From assembly GCA_963665295.1 (NCBI GenBank), contig OY762209.1, positions 2,176,001-2,240,000 of the forward strand: DNA of 64,000 nt, read 5' to 3'. Of this stretch, positions 8,893 to 17,915 are shown piece after piece. Below the pieces are notes generated by a model. The model was not told the DNA's origin. It saw nothing but the letters and a program-made list of their open reading frames with translations, and searched no databases. A program made the position numbers and the translations under genes. How positions within the stretch are numbered: position 1 is the stretch's first letter; every line of letters begins with the position of its first letter. The stretch comes from Syntrophorhabdaceae bacterium. GTDB lineage: Bacteria; Desulfobacterota; Syntrophorhabdia; Syntrophorhabdales; Syntrophorhabdaceae.

Positions 8893-10065
8893 ATGCTTTA
8901 CGCACCAAAAGAAGAGATTGACAGCAGAATCAGCAAGCTGAAGGTTTTAATGGAAAAGGCCTCTCTCGATGGGGCCTTTTTCCACTACAAAATCGACTAT
9001 TACTACCTGTCGGGGACCATGCAGGACTGCCTGCTCTTCGTGCCTCTCGACGGAGACCCCGTGTTGTTCGTCAGGCAGGAGATATCGAGGGCGCGGCGGG
9101 AATCGCCCCTTGACGGGATCGTGTCTATACGGTCGTTCAGGGATATTGCCTCCCATATTAAGCCCATGAAGAGGGTCGGCGCCCAACTCGATGTCATCCC
9201 CTATAACGACGTACTCAAGTTCAAGGAGATTATAGGCGATGTGGAACTTGTCAACGTGTCGCCTCTCACCAAGGAACTGAGGAAGATAAAATCGGCCTTC
9301 GAGATCAAGCTGATGGAGCGGGCCGCGGCAATACAGAAGAAGGTGTATGCCCTTGTTCCGGAGATACTGAAGGAAGGAATGACGGAAATCGAGGTGGGCG
9401 GTATCCTGGAGGGCTACGCGAAGAAGCTCGGACATGAGGGTCTGTTGCGCACAAGGTCCCTCAACTACGAGGCCTACACGTGGCACATCATCAGCGGCCG
9501 CACAGGGAGTATCGTGAGCCAGTCGGATTCTCCCATGGGGGGCCTGGGCTTGTCTCCCGCCTTCCCTGTAGGGGCAAGCATGAAGAAGATCAGGAGGAAT
9601 GAGCCGATCCTCATTGATTTCGGCATCTGCTACCACGGCTATCAGGTCGATCAGACGAGGATGTACGCCGTTGGGGCCATGCCCGATATTTTTGTAAAGG
9701 CCTACGAAGCATGCCGGGAGATCCATTACAGGGTCCTCGACAAGGTGGTTGAAGGCATGGTGAGCCGGGACCTCTTCGAATACTCGAAGAGACTTGCCGA
9801 TGAGATGGGCTTCGGCGACGTATATCTTGGCTACAAGCCCCATAAAGTAAGGTTTCTTGCCCACGGCATAGGCATTGAGCTCTCCGAGTTTCCCTTCATA
9901 GCCGCGACCCATGACTACCCCATCGAGGAGGGTATGGTTTTTGCCATTGAACCGAAGATGGTCTTCCCGAAGAAGGGCGCATGCGGCGTGGAGAACACGG
10001 TCCTCATCGAAAAAGGAGGTTACAGGGTTTTGACAGACATTGATGAAAAAATCACTGTCCTATGA
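8893..10065 (+). CDS. Xaa-Pro peptidase family (M24) protein
   Basis: IDFG..YHGYQVDQTR, HGIGIEL, AIEPK and GVENT metal ligands. Confidence 0.9.
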   Translation: MLYAPKEEIDSRISKLKVLMEKASLDGAFFHYKIDYYYLSGTMQDCLLFVPLDGDPVLFVRQEISRARRESPLDGIVSIRSFRDIASHIKPMKRVGAQLDVIPYNDVLKFKEIIGDVELVNVSPLTKELRKIKSAFEIKLMERAAAIQKKVYALVPEILKEGMTEIEVGGILEGYAKKLGHEGLLRTRSLNYEAYTWHIISGRTGSIVSQSDSPMGGLGLSPAFPVGASMKKIRRNEPILIDFGICYHGYQVDQTRMYAVGAMPDIFVKAYEACREIHYRVLDKVVEGMVSRDLFEYSKRLADEMGFGDVYLGYKPHKVRFLAHGIGIELSEFPFIAATHDYPIEEGMVFAIEPKMVFPKKGACGVENTVLIEKGGYRVLTDIDEKITVL

Positions 10066-10862
10066 AAATCCTGTTTTCCACAGGGTGTCTTTTTCACCTT
10101 CCCCTAAAAGACGTTTTCCATATTGCGCAAAGAGCCGGATTCGAGGGCTGTGATCTCGTAATTGACGGCCGATTCAACGATGCCCGTTTCATGGACAGGG
10201 TGATGGAGTGCCTTGAGATACTCCCTGTATATTCGGTTCACGCTCCCTTTGTGAAGATGCGCACATGGGGCTCGGAGCATGACGCCCTGGCCCGTACCGT
10301 GGAGATCGCAAAGACCGTGGGCGCGGGGGCGGTGAACTTCCATCCTCCCTCGTGGTACACTATGGAGATGAAATTTTTCAAATGGTTCAGAGGGGTACGG
10401 GACTTCCAGGATGAATTCGGATGCGGCCATTGCTGCCTTTCGCTGGAGAACATGGCCCTTGTGGGAAAGAGGCTTATGTTGACCCCCCACGTGCTCAACG
10501 GATATGAAGACCTGATAGCCTTCGGTATGGAAAGGAACCTTTATTTCACCTTCGACACCACCCACCTCGCCAGTTTCGGGAGCGATGTGACTGCGGCTTT
10601 TCTAAAGTATTATCACACAAAGCGGCTGAAGAACATCCATGTGAGCGATTACGCCGCCTACAAGAGTCACCTGTTTCTGGGAAGGGGCGAGCTTCCTTTC
10701 GCGCGGCTTCTCAACACCGCAAGGAGACTCGGCTATGATGAACTGGTTACCCTTGAACTGGCCCCCCATGAGCTTCCGAAGACACGGGACTGGCTTATCA
10801 GGATGCTCGGGTATCAGGCATCTTTTCTGAAATTACACCTGGGGGTGGCTGGAGATGAGTAG
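10062..10862 (+). CDS. Sugar phosphate isomerase/epimerase (xylose-isomerase-like TIM barrel)
   Basis: SVHAP, LENM, FDTTH, NIHVSD and TLEL motifs. Confidence 0.8.
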   Translation: MKILFSTGCLFHLPLKDVFHIAQRAGFEGCDLVIDGRFNDARFMDRVMECLEILPVYSVHAPFVKMRTWGSEHDALARTVEIAKTVGAGAVNFHPPSWYTMEMKFFKWFRGVRDFQDEFGCGHCCLSLENMALVGKRLMLTPHVLNGYEDLIAFGMERNLYFTFDTTHLASFGSDVTAAFLKYYHTKRLKNIHVSDYAAYKSHLFLGRGELPFARLLNTARRLGYDELVTLELAPHELPKTRDWLIRMLGYQASFLKLHLGVAGDE

Positions 10863-12207
10863 GAAGACGGTCTTTGTCTGCGAAGGGTGCGGGTACGAGA
10901 CCTCCAAGTGGCTGGGGAAATGCCCCAGATGTTCGGGGTGGGATACCATCAAGGAATTCAAGATCGAGAATGATGAGATTTCCGCGCCGGAGAAACCCGT
11001 TCTCGTGAGCGAGGAGGATTTGACCGAGGAGCGGGTGACCCTCGGCATCGAGGAGATGGACAGGGTGCTGGGCGGCGGCCTGACGTGCGGTTCGGCCATC
11101 CTTCTCGGAGGCGACCCGGGCATAGGGAAGACGACCTTATGTTTCGAGATTGCGTCGAAGATGGTGGAACTGGGCTTCAAGGTCCTCTATGTTTCCGGAG
11201 AGGAGTCCCTCCGTCAGCTTTCCGCGAGGAGGAAGCGGCTCCTGCTGGAAAAACCCTTTCCCCTTCTTACCACGAACCGCATGGAGGATATCCTCCATGC
11301 CTTGGGCGAAGTGGCTTACAACCTTGTGATCATAGATTCCATCCAATCGGTGTATAATTCAAGACTCCCCATGCTGCCGGGAAGCGTGAGTCAGATCAAG
11401 GATGTATCATCGCGGCTCATACGGGAGATGAAGAGGCAGGAGACGGCCCACATTTTCATAGGGCACGTGACCAAGGAAGGGGCTATCGCCGGACCGAAGA
11501 TCCTCGAACACATGGTGGACACAGTGCTCTATTTCGAGGGGGACAAGACCCTGCCTTACAGGATGCTCCGGGCCATAAAGAACCGGTACGGCTCGGTAGA
11601 TGAGGTGGGCATCTTCCAGATGCAGAAAGAAGGCCTTGTGAGCGTGGAGAACGCGTCCCAGTTCTTTGTTGCGGAGAGAGGGGATATCGGCACGGGAAGC
11701 GCCCTTTTCCCTCACATCACGGGATCGAGACCGATAATACTCGAGGTCCAGGCCATTACCCCCAAGACGAATTTCGCCATGCCGAAAAGGTTATCCCTGG
11801 GGTATGACATGAACCGGCTCTATATCCTTATCGCGGTTATCGAAAAGGTCCTCGGCAAGACGCTCTTCGACAGGGATGTGTATATAAACGTGACGAGCGG
11901 CATGAAAGTGGGCGAAACCGCCATCGACCTCCCTGTGGCAGCCTCCATCCTCTCCAGTTTTCTCGATGTGAGCCTGGGGAAAGATACGGCGCTCCTGGGT
12001 GAGGTGGGCCTCACAGGCGAGATACGCCGCGTGGCAGGCATCGATTCAAGGGTGAAAGAGTGTGAGAGACTCGGAATTACGAGGGTATTTTGCCCGAGAG
12101 GGGCGGAAGAGATTAAAGGCATGGAGATCGTGCCTCTGAAAAACATCAAGGAGCTTTACCACCATATTACCCGGAAAAACGCGTCCCCGGCCTCGACGCC
12201 CGCGTGA
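10855..12207 (+). CDS. radA: DNA repair protein RadA/Sms
   Basis: CEGC...CPRC zinc finger, GGDPGIGKT Walker A, KNRYG motif, Lon-like C-terminus. Confidence 0.97.
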   Translation: MSRKTVFVCEGCGYETSKWLGKCPRCSGWDTIKEFKIENDEISAPEKPVLVSEEDLTEERVTLGIEEMDRVLGGGLTCGSAILLGGDPGIGKTTLCFEIASKMVELGFKVLYVSGEESLRQLSARRKRLLLEKPFPLLTTNRMEDILHALGEVAYNLVIIDSIQSVYNSRLPMLPGSVSQIKDVSSRLIREMKRQETAHIFIGHVTKEGAIAGPKILEHMVDTVLYFEGDKTLPYRMLRAIKNRYGSVDEVGIFQMQKEGLVSVENASQFFVAERGDIGTGSALFPHITGSRPIILEVQAITPKTNFAMPKRLSLGYDMNRLYILIAVIEKVLGKTLFDRDVYINVTSGMKVGETAIDLPVAASILSSFLDVSLGKDTALLGEVGLTGEIRRVAGIDSRVKECERLGITRVFCPRGAEEIKGMEIVPLKNIKELYHHITRKNASPASTPA

Positions 12208-12219
12208 ATACCGACGACC

Positions 12220-12945
12220 CTAGCCTCTCTTGAAGATGTTATATTTGAGGATGCAATAGAGGGCCCTGAGCCCGTCCTTCCAGTTTATCTTTTTACCGTC
12301 TTGGTATGTCCTTCCATAATAGGAAATGCCCACCTCGTATATCCTGATCCCCGGAACGCGGGCGATCTTGGCAGTCACTTCCGGCTCAAACCCGAAGCGG
12401 TTCTCCTCCAGACGGATGCCCTGTATTATGGGCGTCCTGAAGAGCTTGTAGCATGTCTCCATATCGGTGAGGTTAAGATTGGTAAGGAGATTCGAGCATG
12501 ATGTGAGCAACCTGTTGCCGATAGTGTGGAAATAGAAAAGGACCCTGTGCGGGCCGCTTCCCATGAACCGCGACCCATAGACAACGTCGGCGTACCCTTT
12601 CAGGATGGGTTTAAGGAGCAAACCGTATTCGTCGGGGTCATATTCCAGGTCGGCATCCTGAATTATGAGACACTCCCCTGACGCGTTTTTGATGCCGGAA
12701 CGGAGGGCCGCGCCTTTTCCGCGGTTGGCTTCGTGTCTCAAATAGAAGATGTTCGCCGAGGGGTTTGCCTTCCTGTATCGCGTGACTTCATCACCCGTAT
12801 TATCGGAGGAATAGTCGTCAATCACGATCAACTCCTTTTCGATATTGTCCGGGAGAAAAGCATGGTCGATCTGGTCGAGGACCTTGAAAATGGTATTTCC
12901 CTCATTATACGCGGGTACAATTATCGATAGCTTTTTTATTTCCAT
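12220..12945 (-). CDS. Glycosyltransferase family 2 (polyprenol-phosphate glycosyltransferase-like)
   Basis: SIIVPAYNE, DDYSSD, NRGKGAA, QDADLEYDP, DMETCYK. Confidence 0.93.
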   Translation of the reverse strand: MEIKKLSIIVPAYNEGNTIFKVLDQIDHAFLPDNIEKELIVIDDYSSDNTGDEVTRYRKANPSANIFYLRHEANRGKGAALRSGIKNASGECLIIQDADLEYDPDEYGLLLKPILKGYADVVYGSRFMGSGPHRVLFYFHTIGNRLLTSCSNLLTNLNLTDMETCYKLFRTPIIQGIRLEENRFGFEPEVTAKIARVPGIRIYEVGISYYGRTYQDGKKINWKDGLRALYCILKYNIFKRG

Positions 12946-13077
12946 AGTCGTGCCCCTGGTTTGTCGTGTTTTTTATTTCAACTAGTCAAGCCGGCGAATA
13001 TCCCAGACAGTATGACGCACACTCCCAAACTGCGTCAAGGAATTTTTCACACACAAGACCATATGGGGAAACGTTGC

Positions 13078-14208
13078 CTAAGGGGAAGCCGACCCATCCC
13101 GGGATTCGCCTTTTTCCCGGGACATGAGATCCGCCAGCAGTCTCGCGGCAATCTTTACCCCTTCCCCACTCCAGTGACTGTCGTCGATCTGGTAAAGGAT
13201 GGGCCCCTTTTCCCGGTATATCTCGTCAAAGGACTTTTGGAGATCCACAACTTCTACTCCCGCCCTTTCCAGGGTCTCGGTGAGTCTGTTCACAAACACG
13301 GGTTTCTTCTTTGAAGGGAGAAGGTCATAGTAAATATTCTCCTTGTTGGGGATAGGCAGGAAGACGAACCTGATACCCATGCCCTTGAACAGATTGTTGT
13401 ATGAAGTGATCACTTCCACGCTTCTCGCGAGTTGGGCCGGCGCCATGTCCTTGTTGGCCGGGTCCCCGATTATGAAGTGCATCCTGGAGAGTTGACGTTT
13501 CTCCGGCGGCCGGTTGTCGAAGCGCGCGGGGATTGCCATGACGGCCCTTCTCAGGCTTGCACGGCAAAATTGGAGCATGTTGGCCTTGAATACGCGATCC
13601 ACGGGCACGGCGACCCTCTGGACCGGGCGTGCCTCTTTTATGGCGCCTCTCAGGTCAAGGAACTTCTTTTCGACCTCCGACGGGGACGCAAGCTCCGTCT
13701 TCAGGGGCCGCAGGAGGGGGATGTCCCATTCTATAGTAGCCACCACCACCACGCGGGGAGGGCGGCGCAGGAACCGTCGCTCTCTCAGATATGCATTTAC
13801 GCTGGCCGGGGCAAAGGAATATGCCTGCACCCCCGTGTAACGCCCGAGAACCTCAGCGAGGACGTCCTGTTGCGTGAGACCGGCGCCCACCGTATTGGAA
13901 TCGCCGATGACCACCACGTCCGGGTCCGGGACATCATCCCTGTTCCTGTAGCCGAACCGGTCCGTGTACCATTCCACGTGCTTCTTGATGGCGTAGACGG
14001 TATGATGCCCCAGGTCTCCTTCTTCCGTTTTCACCACGTGTTCCAGGGGATAGAAGTATCCGGGCAGCATCTCCTTCAAAGTGTCTATCTTGAGGGACTC
14101 CCACACCCTGAAAGAGAATACGTCGATGGGAAGCACGCAAATCTCCGTGAGAACCAGGGTCGCGAAGGGGATCACGAAAAGCAGACACCGTATGATAAAG
14201 CGTTTCAA
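13078..14208 (-). CDS. AlgJ/AlgX-like SGNH O-acetyltransferase periplasmic component
   Basis: N-terminal TM, IGDS, PIPNKENIY and DDSHWS (DxH); directly downstream of the MBOAT gene. Confidence 0.8.
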   Translation of the reverse strand: MKRFIIRCLLFVIPFATLVLTEICVLPIDVFSFRVWESLKIDTLKEMLPGYFYPLEHVVKTEEGDLGHHTVYAIKKHVEWYTDRFGYRNRDDVPDPDVVVIGDSNTVGAGLTQQDVLAEVLGRYTGVQAYSFAPASVNAYLRERRFLRRPPRVVVVATIEWDIPLLRPLKTELASPSEVEKKFLDLRGAIKEARPVQRVAVPVDRVFKANMLQFCRASLRRAVMAIPARFDNRPPEKRQLSRMHFIIGDPANKDMAPAQLARSVEVITSYNNLFKGMGIRFVFLPIPNKENIYYDLLPSKKKPVFVNRLTETLERAGVEVVDLQKSFDEIYREKGPILYQIDDSHWSGEGVKIAARLLADLMSREKGESRDGSASP

Positions 14209-14217
14209 GGGGCTCCT

Positions 14218-15684
14218 CTAAAACTGGAAATAGATAAACTGCTTCAACCCGAAATTACCGAGGAGGAGAACTGCAACGATAAGGCCGTAGTAGACCCCCC
14301 ACCGGAGCCACACCGGTTTCGCTCGAAGCATCTCACGCACGCTCCCCCTGGTCTGGAGGAGATGGACCGCCTCCATGGCAATAATCCCTGCAACGCCCAC
14401 GCAAAACTCAAAGAAGCGGGCTGAGATAAAAGAGGAGAGGGTGCGGGTTTCGCCCAACCCCGACGAACTTCCCCATTCCGTAAAAAGTCGGGAAACGATG
14501 AAAAACGCGTCCGAGATCGTGTTCGATTTGAAAAATATCCACGCAAAGGCCACGAGGATAAAGGTGAGTATCATCTTTATGCCCTTGTGAAGCACGGGGA
14601 ACCTGCTCAGGCCGGTCAAGGACACGACCCTGTCCCGTATGCCCTGGGTGAGCACTGAAGAGATATAGAAGCACCCGTGAACCGCGCCCCACACGATAAA
14701 GGTCCAGTTCGCCCCATGCCAGAGGCCGCTCACAAGGAATACGATCATCAGGTTGACATACCACCTGGGAACGGATATGCGATTTCCTCCCAGCGGTATA
14801 TAGAGATAGTCCCGGAACCACGTGGAGAGCGATATGTGCCAGCGTCTCCAGAATTCAGGGATGGACCGGGAAAAATACGGACGTTCAAAGTTGTTCATCG
14901 ATGTGTATCCGAAGACCTGGGCTATCCCTATGGCAATATCCGAGTACCCGGAAAAATCACAATAGATCTGGAAGGTGAAAAACAACGTGGCGAGGGCGAG
15001 GGTGGCGGCTCCATACTGCCCGGGTTTGCCATACACCTGGTCCACCATCACGGCGAGGGTATCGGCGATCACCATCTTCTGAAAAAAGCCCCACAATATG
15101 AGCTTGAGCCCGTCCGTGACACGCCTGTAGTCGAAACCGTGGGGCTCGTGAAACTGGGGGAGGAGCTTCGTGGACCGGTCGATGGGGCCCGCAATCAGTT
15201 GCGGGAAGAAGGCGACGAACAGGGCAAAGAGACCCACCTTTTTCTCGGGTTCTTTCTTCCCCCGGTACACATCGATGGTATAGTTCATGATCTTGAGGGT
15301 ATAGAATGAAATGCCCACGGGAAGGGCTATGGAAACGACAGGGATCGACAGGGGCAGATGGTAACGGGTGAAAAGGGCGCCCAGGGAGCCGCAAAAGAAG
15401 CCCAGGTATTTGAACAGAAAAAGAAGGCCCGCATTCGAAACGATACTCAGGGTGAGGATGCCCCTTTTCCTTCCCGGGCTCGTGGATTTTCCCAACCGGA
15501 TGGCGAGGTAATAGTTGAAGACGGTGAGAAAGGCAAGCAGTATGGCGTAGGCAGGCTCCCACGACACGTAGAACACGTAGCTTCCGAAGAGGAGGAGCTT
15601 CCACCGGAAACGGTCAGGCACCGCGAAATAAAGGGCGCCGAGGAGGGCAAAGAAAAGCAAAAACTCTATGGAGTTAAATAACAT
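14218..15684 (-). CDS. MBOAT-family O-acyltransferase (AlgI/PatA-like)
   Basis: LPVGISFYT, DFSGYSDIAIG, FWRRWHISLSTWFRDYLYIPLGG, GLWHGA, terminal FIYFQF. Confidence 0.95.
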   Translation of the reverse strand: MLFNSIEFLLFFALLGALYFAVPDRFRWKLLLFGSYVFYVSWEPAYAILLAFLTVFNYYLAIRLGKSTSPGRKRGILTLSIVSNAGLLFLFKYLGFFCGSLGALFTRYHLPLSIPVVSIALPVGISFYTLKIMNYTIDVYRGKKEPEKKVGLFALFVAFFPQLIAGPIDRSTKLLPQFHEPHGFDYRRVTDGLKLILWGFFQKMVIADTLAVMVDQVYGKPGQYGAATLALATLFFTFQIYCDFSGYSDIAIGIAQVFGYTSMNNFERPYFSRSIPEFWRRWHISLSTWFRDYLYIPLGGNRISVPRWYVNLMIVFLVSGLWHGANWTFIVWGAVHGCFYISSVLTQGIRDRVVSLTGLSRFPVLHKGIKMILTFILVAFAWIFFKSNTISDAFFIVSRLFTEWGSSSGLGETRTLSSFISARFFEFCVGVAGIIAMEAVHLLQTRGSVREMLRAKPVWLRWGVYYGLIVAVLLLGNFGLKQFIYFQF

Positions 15685-15821
15685 AGTCTTGTCGTGGAAA
15701 CGGGATCGATCGTTTCAAGCCCTTCATTCTATCATATGAGGGGAAAAGTTCAAGGCAATTTCCAAAACGACAGCCAAAACGACACGTGGCTTCGCTTACG
15801 GCCGGGGTTGATCTCCCGCTC

Positions 15822-16175
15822 TTAAGCTCGCTTCTTTTGAATCAACTCGACATCGACCTCGCCCCCGAAGGCGTTCTCCAGGGCTCGCCCGAGGTTCTCG
15901 AAATCCTCCTCACGCTCCAGTTCCAGGACCAGTTCAGTCTCGTCGAGGACCTTCATCTTCGCAAACTCTTTCACCACTTCTATAACCCGGGCAGGATCGG
16001 TGGTGACCCATCCCTTCATGCGCCGGATAAGCTCCTCACCGCTGAACGACCTCTCGATGGTGAGTTGTACGTTCCTTCTCTTCGCTTCCCAGCCCACGAG
16101 GGCAGGCTGAACGATTTTCGGGGTCACCGGGTCATGCATGGCTGCACACCGGAACCATAATTTAGCCCTTATCAT
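15822..16175 (-). CDS. Hypothetical protein
   Basis: 117 aa ORF with GAGGAG SD and natural globular composition. Confidence 0.65.
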   Translation of the reverse strand: MIRAKLWFRCAAMHDPVTPKIVQPALVGWEAKRRNVQLTIERSFSGEELIRRMKGWVTTDPARVIEVVKEFAKMKVLDETELVLELEREEDFENLGRALENAFGGEVDVELIQKKRA

Positions 16176-16264
16176 TGTGCGCTCCTCTCATGTAGTTTCT
16201 TTACACCACTCAGGATAATTGTTTTACATGATCTCTGTCAAGAGTCAAGAAAAAGGGCAGGGAA

Positions 16265-17767
16265 TCAGGGGGCAGAGGGTATCCGGTAGAGCTTCAGGAA
16301 CTCTTCGCCGGTCCCGTATGCGGCAACGGGGGTCATGGGTTTCAGGCAGTTCGCGATAAAAGGATTTTCCTTTTCCACCTTTTCGTCAACCACTGCATAG
16401 CCGACCCCCTTTTCTTTCATATGGGCCATGATGGCGGGGCAGGTGGAAGCATCTTTTTCGTGGTAGGGAAGGTAATCCCACTCCCCTCTCGCATAGAAGG
16501 CAGTGATAGGCAGCCTCGAAGCCACGATCCGATGGGGATCGTGGGCAAGAAGATAGAGCCCCGCCTTCTTATTGAGGGCCCGGCCCTCGTCAGGCAGATT
16601 GATTCCCTGAAAAAGAGAAAGCCCTACGATTATCCCAAAAACCGCATAATACGTGATTTTGCCGTAACGAAACCTCCCGGTGAAAGACCGGAACGCAAAC
16701 AGCCCCCCTGCCATGAGGGGAAGGAGAAGGGGCATCAGCTCCACGTAAAGCCTCTTGGAAAAGGCGCTGGTCACCGCCATAGGCAGCATATGGAAGAGAA
16801 CCAATATCCCCACGAGCAGCCTGTACCGTTTTTCGGTCCGGGACACGCCAAGGACTGCGAGAAAGACAAACTGGGGCAATATACCGTTCAGAAGGTCATA
16901 GAATATAAAATGGATGCGCTTCAGGGCCCTTGACAGGGAGACGACCGGGAACAGGTATGAGTGGTAGACATTGGTTCTCGATGCATGGCCCTTGGCAAGG
17001 ATCGCCTTCTTGCTGAGGACGAGGAGGCCTGTCTCCAACTTCATCCAGTAGATGTACGCCCCGGTGAGAACGGCGAATGAGACGAAAAACAGGAAGAAGT
17101 GGAGAAACCTTTTCTTCGCCAGGAGCAACCCGGAGAGGGGAGCGACGTAGACCACGTACTCGGGCCTGGTGAGGTACGTGAGAGAAAGAAAGAAGCCGGA
17201 GGCCATTATATATTTCCGGCTGTCTTCGGTCCAGCCTTTGAAAAAGAGGAAGACCGTAACAAGGACCAGCAGGGTGGCCACCGATTCGGAAAGGGCCGAC
17301 GCGGAGTAGCGGACCAGGTAGGGGTTGATTGCCACGAAAAGAGCGCCGTAAAGGGCCGGGGCGTCCCCGAGCATGGTCCTGAAGAAGGAGAAGGCGAGAT
17401 ATACCAGGAGAAGGCCCGCGATGAGCGATATGATGACACCCGCCATTTCGAGGTCAGGTACTATAAGGTGGGCGAGTCCTATGAGAAGAGGGTAAAAAGG
17501 AGGAAAGACCCCCTTCAATCCTTCGCGGAATGCTCCCCGGGAGAAGGCGTCCCCCATGTCGGCATAGATGATTCCGTCCAGGTCGATGCACGATGCGGTC
17601 GCCACGTTGAGAATGCGCATTACCAGGGCAAGGCATATAATGAGGAAGAGAACGAGCCCCGGGTTGGGGATTTTCCGGTCTCCGTCGAACCCTAACCAGG
17701 AGTATACATTTGTGCGAAGCGTATCGATAACAGTCCTTCCAGTCTTTTCGGATATTCGTGGTATCAT
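16265..17767 (-). CDS. Polytopic membrane glycosyltransferase (GT39/ArnT-like)
   Basis: DGIIY loop, FPPFYPLLI, LSES, YLTRPE; many TM helices. Confidence 0.8.
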   Translation of the reverse strand: MIPRISEKTGRTVIDTLRTNVYSWLGFDGDRKIPNPGLVLFLIICLALVMRILNVATASCIDLDGIIYADMGDAFSRGAFREGLKGVFPPFYPLLIGLAHLIVPDLEMAGVIISLIAGLLLVYLAFSFFRTMLGDAPALYGALFVAINPYLVRYSASALSESVATLLVLVTVFLFFKGWTEDSRKYIMASGFFLSLTYLTRPEYVVYVAPLSGLLLAKKRFLHFFLFFVSFAVLTGAYIYWMKLETGLLVLSKKAILAKGHASRTNVYHSYLFPVVSLSRALKRIHFIFYDLLNGILPQFVFLAVLGVSRTEKRYRLLVGILVLFHMLPMAVTSAFSKRLYVELMPLLLPLMAGGLFAFRSFTGRFRYGKITYYAVFGIIVGLSLFQGINLPDEGRALNKKAGLYLLAHDPHRIVASRLPITAFYARGEWDYLPYHEKDASTCPAIMAHMKEKGVGYAVVDEKVEKENPFIANCLKPMTPVAAYGTGEEFLKLYRIPSAP

Positions 17768-17915
17768 ACCATTTTTCCCGTGTGTGTGGAAAGCAGGATT
17801 TCCCCGGGGCCGCTCCGGGCGGCAGCGTTTTCACAGCGGATTGACAAGACCCGGCGCTGGTTGTAAACTTTCTTTACCGGATGGTTTCTTCAAATCTGAA
17901 GTGTCTTGAGGAGGT

